From NCBI GenBank assembly GCA_038882975.1, contig JAVZNE010000005.1:35624-99623 (forward strand): 64,000 bases of DNA. The letters run 5' to 3'. This document shows, piece by piece, positions 18,806 through 27,514 of the stretch; within the stretch, counting starts at the first letter, position 1; each line of letters opens with the position of its first letter. The translations under genes were made by a program, and so were the position numbers. Source of the DNA: Candidatus Bathyarchaeia archaeon. GTDB taxonomy: Archaea > Thermoproteota > Bathyarchaeia > Bathyarchaeales > Bathycorpusculaceae. Under the pieces are notes generated by a model. It was not told the DNA's origin. It did no database searches and worked only from the letters and a program-made list of their open reading frames with translations.

Positions 18806-18903
18806 ACATGGATCACCTCAACAAAAATTATTTCAGCCAAAAAACTTAAATTTTGCGCTTATTTTTCAAAAAAAGCAATTTTTCGGTTACTGTTAAACGA
18901 AGC

Positions 18904-18988
18904 GAAAGAATACTATTCTTTCCCCAAACTCAAAGTGTTTTTGCACGCGCAAGCGCCGACAGCACGACGCAACAATAGTATTGTTGCG
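18904..18988. promoter_or_regulatory. Pair of perfect palindromes (operator or origin candidates)
   Basis: GAAAGAATA-C-TATTCTTTC (18904-18922) and CGCAACAATA-G-TATTGTTGCG (18968-18988). Confidence 0.6.
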
Positions 18989-19325
18989 CCTCGCTTAATA
19001 GGCGTTAAACGAAAAACCAAAAACAAACGAAACAAAAACGCGAAAAAGCCAAATAAAAGCATTTTCGGTTAGACGTTATTAATGGAATAGCCTTGAAACC
19101 TCAATATTTTGGAAAGTGTTTCACAAAGTCCGAAGGGTGTAGTTGGAGTTGCGGTGGAAATGGGACTATTCTTATCCGCGTTGTGGTAGGAGTTGAGAAA
19201 TTATTGGAGTATTTGAATATTATACTTGTAGAAGATGTGATGGTCAGGGGTGAGGTTACGTGTTCAAGATATGGAGGGATGTGGAGGAATAGTTGAAATA
19301 TGAGTCTAATACGCGTATATGAGGT

Positions 19326-19344
19326 TTTTCCGTAAAATTTAAGC
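19326..19344 (+). promoter_or_regulatory. Shared BRE/TATA-like promoter motif, copy 1
   Basis: TTTTCCGTAAAATTTAAGC about 47 nt before the ATG; near-identical copies at 24213 and 26944. Confidence 0.7.
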
Positions 19345-19390
19345 GAACATTCAACCTTAATAATATTTTGCAAACGAAGGAAAAAGGAAA

Positions 19391-21964
19391 ATGAAGAAAA
19401 TTGTTCCCGCTGTAACGTTGACTCTGATTTTAATAAGCACATTATCAGTAATGTTTAACATTAAACCAGTTAAGAGCGAGTGGACTGAGCCCGTCTACAT
19501 TAGAGTTGATGGAAGCGTGGACCCTCCGAATGCACCGATTATAGCATTAAACTCTAATACATACGTACTTACTGATAACATTAAAGTTCCGTATAAAGGC
19601 AAAGGCATCGTGATTGAAAGGGATAACATTATTCTAGACGGCGCAAATCATAAAGTAGAGGGAGTAGCGGCTGAGGAAGGATCTTTTGGAATATATGCTC
19701 CGCAAAGGGTAAACGTAACAATTCGGAACTTAAAGATTGAAGTCCTTTATTATGGAATCTACCTTTGGGGCTCCTACAATAATATTATAACTCAGAATAA
19801 TTTTTACGAAAATGGATATGGCATTTACATGAGTTACTCTTACAACAACGAAGTCTCGTTAAACTATATAATAAATGAAGGCAAGTTTGGTATTGGCATA
19901 TATTTAAGTAATTCTGAGAATAACGAAATTTATGGGAATACCATCAGAGATAATATTTATGGTATTATGCTCTCCTCATCTTCAAAAAACAACATGATAT
20001 ATGATAACGATCTTATAAATTGCGGGGTATTCATTGACGATTCCTATGAAAACGAGATTACTGATAATCGAGTGAACTATAAACCTTTAGTTTATTTAAA
20101 AAACATTTCAGATATTTTAGTTAAGAATGCTGGACAGGTCATACTTATAAAGTGCAACCGAATACATGTGGAAGGACTTAACTTGTGTAATGTCACACCT
20201 GGCATATACTTGTTACAAACTAATAATTCTATCATTAAGAAAAATACACTGAATAATAATTTTTACGGTATCATTCTCGACAGATCTTGTGGCAATACTG
20301 TTGTCAATAATTTCATATTAGATCAACGTTGGATTGGAATTTACCTGGTAAACTCCGATAGAAATGAGATTCTTAAAAATGAAGTCACAAGAGCCTATTA
20401 TGGGATTAGATTAATTGACTGTTCTAGTAATATCATATCGGAAAATATAGTTAGTGAGATTACACCTTTTGACGGCATATGTGTGGCAGGAAATTGCTTT
20501 TTCAATAATATTTCAGATAATACAGTGATGAATTGCGGGGTGGGTATAAACATTGCATCCGATATGGGCACCATTTCAAGAAACATTTTCTTAAATAACG
20601 ACTATGGCATTATTATCTATAACGCGGTTGCTAACAGAATATATCACAATAAATTTATTAATAATTCTGTGCAGGCAGAAACAGGGCAATCATCTAATGA
20701 TTGGGATAATGGCTATCCTTCTGGAGGTAATTATTGGAGTGACTATCGAGGCGTCGATATGAGGAGTGGCCCTAACCAGGATCAGCCTGGAAGTGATGGC
20801 ATAGGTGATACCCCATATGTTATTGACAGTTTCAACATTGATCGTTATCCATTAATTCTTCAAATTACCGATGAAACTCCCCCAATCACTTCTCATGATT
20901 ACGATAATTTATGGCACACCTCAGATTTTATCGTTACCTTAACTGCCGTTGATGACCGTAGCGGAGTAAAGGAAACATTTTATAAGATTAATAATGGGCC
21001 AACCATGAGCGTAAGTAGCAACGGGCATCCTAGATTTACAATGGAAAGTGCAAATAACACGCTAGAATATTGGAGCGTTGATAATATGGGCAATGAAGAG
21101 CAACATAAATTCCTAAACGGAATAAAATTGGATAAAACTCCACCGTCTATTTCAATAATAGCTCCGCTGGATGGCACCGTTTTTTCCGAGTCAACTATCA
21201 TTTTCAATGTCTCAGCAAGTGACCACATAAGTGGGGTAAGCAAGGTGGAGCTTTATATTGATGGACAACTGCGAGGGGATATGTATTATGACGGAACACA
21301 ATATACTTTAACAGTTCCATCCATAACTGAAGGAAGTCATATCTGGTATGCTAAAGCCTATGATAATGCAGGTTGGACAGCCATTACCCCCATAACAACT
21401 TTTACAATTCATGTAATCGAGGTTTTGACTGGAAATTTAAGCGTAAATGTTAGAGATTTGGATGGTAATCCCATTATAGGGGCAACCGTATTATCATTTG
21501 TTCAACCGAGCGGTCAGCAAATTTTAAGTGGTATCACAAATTCACAGGGATATGCCCTGTTTGATAATATAATCGCTGGGTCATATGTATTTGAGATAAG
21601 TAAGCAAGGGTATCAGACAGTAATTAAGGAGGCCAGGGTATACCCAAACCAAACAACCAGTGTCATCGTAAATTTGGCACCATTAATAAACCAAGAAAAG
21701 CCTTCCGACCATACACCGCTATACTATGTTGGAGGCGTTATAGGATTGTTCGCTGTTATTACAATTACCTATTTTCTAATAAAGAGAAAGCCCAGTCAGC
21801 ACCATCCATCCCTGAAAAATACAGCCCAAAGCTCTGAAACTCAAAAATATCGACGGTATTTAGAAAAACTCGAGGAAAAATACAGGAATGGAGAAATTTC
21901 GGAAGATGTCTATCAAAAGTTGAAGCGCGAGTATCTTGAAAAGCTGCGAGGTTATGAGGAATAG
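19391..21964 (+). CDS. Cell-surface protein: NosD/right-handed beta-helix, Ig-like domains, TM helix, cytoplasmic SHOCT-like domain
   Basis: Signal peptide; N-rich GIYL..S..N repeats; GYPSGGNYWSDY...DGIGDTPY; DKTPP Ig linker; TM helix; LEEKYRNGEISEDVYQKLK. Confidence 0.85.
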   Translation: MKKIVPAVTLTLILISTLSVMFNIKPVKSEWTEPVYIRVDGSVDPPNAPIIALNSNTYVLTDNIKVPYKGKGIVIERDNIILDGANHKVEGVAAEEGSFGIYAPQRVNVTIRNLKIEVLYYGIYLWGSYNNIITQNNFYENGYGIYMSYSYNNEVSLNYIINEGKFGIGIYLSNSENNEIYGNTIRDNIYGIMLSSSSKNNMIYDNDLINCGVFIDDSYENEITDNRVNYKPLVYLKNISDILVKNAGQVILIKCNRIHVEGLNLCNVTPGIYLLQTNNSIIKKNTLNNNFYGIILDRSCGNTVVNNFILDQRWIGIYLVNSDRNEILKNEVTRAYYGIRLIDCSSNIISENIVSEITPFDGICVAGNCFFNNISDNTVMNCGVGINIASDMGTISRNIFLNNDYGIIIYNAVANRIYHNKFINNSVQAETGQSSNDWDNGYPSGGNYWSDYRGVDMRSGPNQDQPGSDGIGDTPYVIDSFNIDRYPLILQITDETPPITSHDYDNLWHTSDFIVTLTAVDDRSGVKETFYKINNGPTMSVSSNGHPRFTMESANNTLEYWSVDNMGNEEQHKFLNGIKLDKTPPSISIIAPLDGTVFSESTIIFNVSASDHISGVSKVELYIDGQLRGDMYYDGTQYTLTVPSITEGSHIWYAKAYDNAGWTAITPITTFTIHVIEVLTGNLSVNVRDLDGNPIIGATVLSFVQPSGQQILSGITNSQGYALFDNIIAGSYVFEISKQGYQTVIKEARVYPNQTTSVIVNLAPLINQEKPSDHTPLYYVGGVIGLFAVITITYFLIKRKPSQHHPSLKNTAQSSETQKYRRYLEKLEEKYRNGEISEDVYQKLKREYLEKLRGYEE

Positions 21965-21967
21965 TCG

Positions 21968-23116
21968 ATGGGAGAAAAAGGAGAATTATTTGGGGCTTTG
22001 TTTTGGCTTATCATCGGAGCCGTAGTGCTTTTTGTTTTGGGTTATGTCGCTAAATCTTTTTTCTTCTCAACGTTAGCGATGGTTTTTGTGGGTTTGGTAA
22101 TCGTTATAGGCGGATTCATTTTCCTGGCTATTTTGTTTCTTGTAGGTATAGGCTCTTCAATCGCTACAGTTGGAAAGCGTGATGTAAAAGGTGGCTTAAT
22201 TTTATTATTGCTTATTGGTATATGTATCTTTGGCTATTATTCAATGGCATACCTTGACCGTATAGCTAACTCCCCAGAAGTTCCCGAGGCGGAGGTAGGC
22301 TCTACAATTTACACAGGTTTAGAGGGGTATCCCGTTGCAAAAACGATTTTATCGACAATTTTTGGTAGTAGCCTTGCAGAATATCTTAACGATTTAATTC
22401 CATCAGGATATCATTGGACAGTCTTCAGAGTCAGACTTCCCAATTATGTAAACTATTTGTGCATTGCGGAAGGAGACTTTGAAGGCACAAACTTTTATCG
22501 AATACAGATAGAAGACATCTACGAATTCAGTGTTTTCACGATACTAAAACTAAATAAGATTGAAGAAATCAATGTTTTTGAAGCAGCAGCCTACATTTTT
22601 GGCCATGCACTTCCCTTCGGAACATTAATCTTCAAAATTCAAAGCTACGCCTTTTTAATAGCAATTCCTGCCCTCCTTATAGGCGCAATAAAGTGTTTAG
22701 CCACAAAACCAGAGGAAGGTTTAGAGGAGAAGCTCAAAAAGCCTCCGCAAAAACAGATTAAACCAATTAAGAAAGAAAAAGTCGAAGTTCCTTCAAAACC
22801 TCTGGCTCCTACAAAACCTGAAGTTTCGGAATTAAAGAAGGAGCTGGAAGAATTAAGGGTAAGATTTGACATAGGAGAAATCTCAGCTGAAGAATTTAAA
22901 GAAAAGAAAAATCTGCTTAAAAAGATTTTACAAGAACACCAAAAGCGGTTACACACAGAATTTCAAACGATGAAAAAACAAAAAGAGGAACTTGAAGCAA
23001 GAAAACTGATAGGCGAATTAAGTAACGAAGTTTACGAAGAAAAAATGAAAAGCATACAAAGCAGACTTGAAAATATTAAAAAAGAATTGGCTGCACTGGA
23101 AAAGTTAGAAACATAA
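21968..23116 (+). CDS. Multi-pass membrane protein with C-terminal coiled coil and two SHOCT/CdvA-like repeats
   Basis: 3-4 hydrophobic helices; LRVRFDIGEISAEEF and LEARKLIGELSNEVY. Confidence 0.75.
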   Translation: MGEKGELFGALFWLIIGAVVLFVLGYVAKSFFFSTLAMVFVGLVIVIGGFIFLAILFLVGIGSSIATVGKRDVKGGLILLLLIGICIFGYYSMAYLDRIANSPEVPEAEVGSTIYTGLEGYPVAKTILSTIFGSSLAEYLNDLIPSGYHWTVFRVRLPNYVNYLCIAEGDFEGTNFYRIQIEDIYEFSVFTILKLNKIEEINVFEAAAYIFGHALPFGTLIFKIQSYAFLIAIPALLIGAIKCLATKPEEGLEEKLKKPPQKQIKPIKKEKVEVPSKPLAPTKPEVSELKKELEELRVRFDIGEISAEEFKEKKNLLKKILQEHQKRLHTEFQTMKKQKEELEARKLIGELSNEVYEEKMKSIQSRLENIKKELAALEKLET

Positions 23117-23195
23117 ATACACTCTCAAAACTTTATAACAAAGATCTCGAAAAACAAACCAAAATTTTAAAAGCATCACATTCGAAGAATTTATC

Positions 23196-24140
23196 ATGCA
23201 TCGAAAAACAATTTTCATAATATCATTCTTTTGTTTTCTATTAGCACGCAATACTTTAGCATTAAGTCATCAAATTGGAGTTAAAAGTGGTGACTGGGTT
23301 AAATATCAAGCTGGTGGGTCTATAGCAGAACATGAAAACATAGTTTGGGTAAGAATTGAAGTTAAAAGTGTTGATGTTCAAGAAAAAACTGTGACTTTTG
23401 ATTTAACGTCTCACATTTCTAACGGTAGTGAGTTCTCAGAAACATTTTGTTTTAATTTGGTGACAGGACGCTATATACCCGAAGAAAACTATACTATAAT
23501 TCCTCCTTTTATTCTTACAAATCTTGAAGTAGGAGATGTTCCTTATGAATCGGTTCCGGAAAAATATACAATTCAAGGCGATATTATGAAGACATATTGT
23601 GGCGTAAAAAGGCAGGTGCTCTATTTTCATATTGATGAATGGTCTGATAGCACAGATCCGGAACACAATATACTTACTGCCTACTGGGATAAGACAACGG
23701 GTTTTCTCTTGGAATATGAAATTACCATGGATAGCGTAAGCCTTAAAATGACTGCTATAGAAACAAATTTGTGGAGCAGAGATCTATTCGCCAACCATGA
23801 TTGGCTGTTATGGGCAATTGTAATAATTACTATTGCATGTGTCGCTACAATAACCATTTATGTTCTGCGTAAAAGAAAGAAAAGAACACAAGACCATTAC
23901 ATTAGCGGAAGTAAAACTGTTTATTGTAGCCGTTGTGGAGCACCAATGCATATAGAAGACAATTTTTGCCCAAAATGTGGACAGAAAGCAGAGAGAAAAC
24001 ATCTTCCCCAAGCAGAAGAAGAAAAATACAAGTTATACCTTCAAAAACTTGAAGAAAAACATAACGCAGGCGAAATCTCCGAAGAAATTTACCAAAAATT
24101 AAAAAACGAATACTTAGAAAAATTAAGAAAAACCAATTAA
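23196..24140 (+). CDS. Secreted-domain membrane protein with TM helix, zinc ribbon and SHOCT-like tail
   Basis: GVKSGDWVKY N-terminus, YWDKTTGFLLE, TM helix, CSRC..CPKC, LEEKHNAGEISEEIYQKLK. Confidence 0.8.
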   Translation: MHRKTIFIISFFCFLLARNTLALSHQIGVKSGDWVKYQAGGSIAEHENIVWVRIEVKSVDVQEKTVTFDLTSHISNGSEFSETFCFNLVTGRYIPEENYTIIPPFILTNLEVGDVPYESVPEKYTIQGDIMKTYCGVKRQVLYFHIDEWSDSTDPEHNILTAYWDKTTGFLLEYEITMDSVSLKMTAIETNLWSRDLFANHDWLLWAIVIITIACVATITIYVLRKRKKRTQDHYISGSKTVYCSRCGAPMHIEDNFCPKCGQKAERKHLPQAEEEKYKLYLQKLEEKHNAGEISEEIYQKLKNEYLEKLRKTN

Positions 24141-24212
24141 TTATGTTTCGCCTTTTTCCTTTAGTGTCTCTTAACAGAAGTAAAAGCTTAAGTCAACGTG
24201 CAGTGAGGGGGA

Positions 24213-24231
24213 TTTTCCGTAAATTTTAAGC
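24213..24231 (+). promoter_or_regulatory. Shared BRE/TATA-like promoter motif, copy 2
   Basis: TTTTCCGTAAATTTTAAGC about 48 nt before ATG 24279. Confidence 0.7.
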
Positions 24232-24278
24232 TAAGTTCAGTAGAATTAATGTAAAAACGCGGATGGAGGAAAGAAATT

Positions 24279-26792
24279 ATGAAGAGAACTGCTTTCAGCG
24301 TATTATTTGTCGCAATGTTGATGTGCGCATTAACGTTAGTGCTTGACATTAGGCCAGCCAAATCAAAATGGTTTGGAACAGTGTATATAAGGGCTGATGG
24401 GAGCATAGATCCGCCGGGGGCTCCGATAGAAACTTTAGATAATATGACATATATTTTAACTGACGATATTTTAGGCTCAATTAAAATTGAAAAAGACGAT
24501 ATTATAGTCAACGGAAGCGACCATTTGATCGAAACAGAAGTGGATGCTCCTTATTATTATGGTATCGTAATAAGTGAAAGAAAAAATATAACAATACAAA
24601 ATACTGTTGTAAGATTTGGCACCGGTATTTATATCTATAACTCCTCAAATATAAGTATCATCGAAAATAATCTAACAAACAATTATTTCGGTATTGCACT
24701 GCATAATTCTTCAAATAATAGTATGATTAGAAATATCTTAACAGATCACCTTTATGTTGGTGCTGGTATTTACCTCGAGTACTCCCAAAACAATAGAATA
24801 GAGGAAAACGTTTTCATCAGGAGCGGACTAAGAGTTTGGGAAAGTTATGGAAACATTGTTTCGAATAACACGGTTAACGGTAAACCTCTCATCTACCTTG
24901 AAGATGTATCAGACAGAATTATCAAGGACGCCGGACAAGTTGTTCTCGTAAAGTGTAACCACATAACAATAGAGAACTTAAACATAGCAAATACATCAGC
25001 CAGCATCCAGTTGTTTAGAACCAATAACACCAAAATAATCGAATGCAATATAACAAATAACTATTGCGGCGTTGAACTTTGCCTTTCCTCGAACATCAGT
25101 ATAAGCAAAAATAACATTAAAGCAAATGAGGGTGCTGGTATTCAGCTGATTCAATCCAGCAACACAAAAATATCCGAAAACAACATAAAAGAAAACTTTG
25201 ACAGCATTTCACTTGAAGGTTCCTCATACAATGAAATAGACAACAATGATATAGATGCCGGAATCAAAGGCATCTTTTTAACACGCGCATGTTATAACAT
25301 TGTTGCAAACAACACTATCACCCGAATACTTGAAGTTGGAAGCATCATGCTTTACGGTGCCTTATATAACACTATACAAAGCAATACGATAATGGAAGGT
25401 CACGGATTATGGCTATGGAGCTCTGCAAACAATACAATAATTCAAAACAGTATAAACACAACTATAACCGCAAATTGGCGAGGTCACTTTGAGCTGAGCC
25501 AATCTTCCGACAACGTTTTCTATCATAACAATTTCTTTATAAACAAAGACGATATCTTTGTTTATAACTCAATGAATGTTTGGGATGCTGGCTACCCTTC
25601 TGGCGGAAACTATTGGAGCGACTACGTAGGTATTGATGAAAAGAGCGGGCCTGGTCAAGACCAGCCTGGAAGTGACGGTATAGGGGATACACCTTATGTG
25701 ATTAACGAGAATAACATAGATCGTTATCCACTTATGGAACCAATTTCTCCGCCAACACACAAGTTTATTATCGGTGATGTGGTTTGGGCTACGGCTGATC
25801 TTCATGTTAGGGAAGGCCCTGGGCTTAGCTATGCTATTTTGGACACTATGAGGAAGGGCAATAGAGGGGTGATTATCGCTGGTCCTGTGGAGGCTGATGG
25901 ATACACTTGGTGGAGGGTGAATTATAGTGTCGGCGTTGTTGGGTGGTCTGCTGAAGATTGGCTTGAACCTATGCCTAGTCCACCTCAGCCACCCAGGGAC
26001 TTTGTTTATTGGGCTGAGGCAGCTGTCAATTGGGCTGAGCAGCGGCTAGGTAGAGGCGACTGGAGTGGTCTTTGCATGCAATTTGTGGCTAACGCGTATA
26101 TGCAAGAGGAACATAAGGAGGCTAAATATAACGCTATTGATGGAGCAAGAGAATTCTATCGCTTTAACCAGGAGCCAAACGGCTGGCTTCAAGCTCCAAA
26201 AGGGGCGCTGATATTCTTTGACATGGAAGGAACGAATGAGTATGGCCATGTGGGAATATACCTTGGCAATGGAAGCATAATCCACGCCTACGGCACAGTC
26301 AAAGTCAATACAGTTGAAGAAGCCGTAGCAAAGCCAGACGTAGGGCGATATCTCGGCTGGTCTTATCCGGCTGAACAGTGGAGACCAACAAAGTTCACCT
26401 TCAACGCTACTTATGACGGCGTAAACTATCCTGTAGCTATTTTCACAAATTCAACAATTATGAACTTCGCATTCCACCAACCGTCAAAGCAAATAAGCTT
26501 CACAGTTTATGGCGAACCAGGCGAGACGGGATACTGTAACATAACAATACCTAAAGCGCTTCTCAAAGGCGAACCATGGGCCATCACACTAAACGGAACA
26601 AACTGGAGCTACATAGCCACGGAAAATGAAACCCACAGCTTCATATACATCACTTACACCTTTAGCAGCGCCTACGAAGTAACAATAGAAGGAACATGGG
26701 TAATACCAGAGTTCCCATTAAATCCGGTCATGTTACTAGTGTTGACCACATTGACCGCAGTTATTCTTTCAAGGAGAAGAGCTAGACATTAA
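24279..26792 (+). CDS. Surface protein: NosD beta-helix, bacterial-type SH3b, NlpC/P60 (CHAP-like) peptidase, PEF-CTERM anchor
   Basis: LHVREGPG...GPVEADGYTWWRV...GWSAEDWL (SH3b); GLCMQFV, GALIFF, YGHVGIYLGNGSIIHA (Cys-His-His); WVIPEFP, TM helix and RRRARH. Confidence 0.85.
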   Translation: MKRTAFSVLFVAMLMCALTLVLDIRPAKSKWFGTVYIRADGSIDPPGAPIETLDNMTYILTDDILGSIKIEKDDIIVNGSDHLIETEVDAPYYYGIVISERKNITIQNTVVRFGTGIYIYNSSNISIIENNLTNNYFGIALHNSSNNSMIRNILTDHLYVGAGIYLEYSQNNRIEENVFIRSGLRVWESYGNIVSNNTVNGKPLIYLEDVSDRIIKDAGQVVLVKCNHITIENLNIANTSASIQLFRTNNTKIIECNITNNYCGVELCLSSNISISKNNIKANEGAGIQLIQSSNTKISENNIKENFDSISLEGSSYNEIDNNDIDAGIKGIFLTRACYNIVANNTITRILEVGSIMLYGALYNTIQSNTIMEGHGLWLWSSANNTIIQNSINTTITANWRGHFELSQSSDNVFYHNNFFINKDDIFVYNSMNVWDAGYPSGGNYWSDYVGIDEKSGPGQDQPGSDGIGDTPYVINENNIDRYPLMEPISPPTHKFIIGDVVWATADLHVREGPGLSYAILDTMRKGNRGVIIAGPVEADGYTWWRVNYSVGVVGWSAEDWLEPMPSPPQPPRDFVYWAEAAVNWAEQRLGRGDWSGLCMQFVANAYMQEEHKEAKYNAIDGAREFYRFNQEPNGWLQAPKGALIFFDMEGTNEYGHVGIYLGNGSIIHAYGTVKVNTVEEAVAKPDVGRYLGWSYPAEQWRPTKFTFNATYDGVNYPVAIFTNSTIMNFAFHQPSKQISFTVYGEPGETGYCNITIPKALLKGEPWAITLNGTNWSYIATENETHSFIYITYTFSSAYEVTIEGTWVIPEFPLNPVMLLVLTTLTAVILSRRRARH

Positions 26793-26943
26793 CTCCTATT
26801 TTTATTTTTAGCTGAATCTTCTAACATTAGATTTACGCTTTTGCCTTTACATAAAAGCTTGATTTTATCGATAGAAACGAGAAACATTTAATAAGGTGCG
26901 GTTAAATATGGACTGAAAATGCTCAAACAACCCAATAGAGGAT

Positions 26944-26961
26944 TTTTCCGTAAATTTTAAG
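26944..26961 (+). promoter_or_regulatory. Shared BRE/TATA-like promoter motif, copy 3
   Basis: TTTTCCGTAAATTTTAAG 41-50 nt before the ATGs at 27002/27011. Confidence 0.65.
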
Positions 26962-27001
26962 TTCGCTTCTCTAGGACAATTAATAGAAAGAGAAGAAAAG
27001 G

Positions 27002-27484
27002 ATGAAGGCTATGAGTGATAAATTGAAGAAAGTGTTTGAAGGGCATAGACTTGAGATCTTGACTATGTCTATTTGCATTCTGTTGTCGGCTTCTGTTATA
27101 GTTTATGCCTTGACATATCTTTGGGCAGGATCTGTGGGTGCCACAATCTCAACAGAGGTTGAAAACATCAAAGTTTATGATGAACTAGGGAACGAGGTCA
27201 CGTCAATAAACTTCGGCAATTTAAATCCAAGCTCAATAATCAACGTAAAATTAATCATAAAGAATATCAGTCCAAATGCCACAATCACAATAACTTGGAG
27301 CTCCACTTTATCAAGTGTAACTAACAAGATTACAGACGCATGGGTAATTGGCACCCCTACCGGATCGAATCTCAGGGCTACTATAGCTCCAGGTCAATCG
27401 ATAGTAACCTATTATAAGATTAGCGTCGCTCCAGATTGCCCATTACAATCCTATTCTTGGACGCTTTACATAGTGCCAGGATAA
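27002..27484 (+). CDS. Secreted beta-sandwich protein, TasA/Abp-like pilin candidate
   Basis: Hydrophobic signal ending VYA; TSINFGNLNP..IIKN pattern; alternating beta-strand composition; no C-terminal anchor. Confidence 0.6.
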   Translation: MKAMSDKLKKVFEGHRLEILTMSICILLSASVIVYALTYLWAGSVGATISTEVENIKVYDELGNEVTSINFGNLNPSSIINVKLIIKNISPNATITITWSSTLSSVTNKITDAWVIGTPTGSNLRATIAPGQSIVTYYKISVAPDCPLQSYSWTLYIVPG

Positions 27485-27514
27485 ATTAACAATTAAATAG
27501 ACGCTGGTCTTCAG

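Noticed and set aside
20711-25730. Repeats between surface genes as diversity-generating retroelement TR/VR
   Set aside because: No reverse transcriptase in the window; differences are mostly synonymous and not adenine-specific
19326-26961. Repeated upstream motif as integron attC cassette boundaries
   Set aside because: No attC-like R/L-box hairpins seen, the integrase lacks an obvious IntI insertion, and the spacing fits a BRE-TATA promoter
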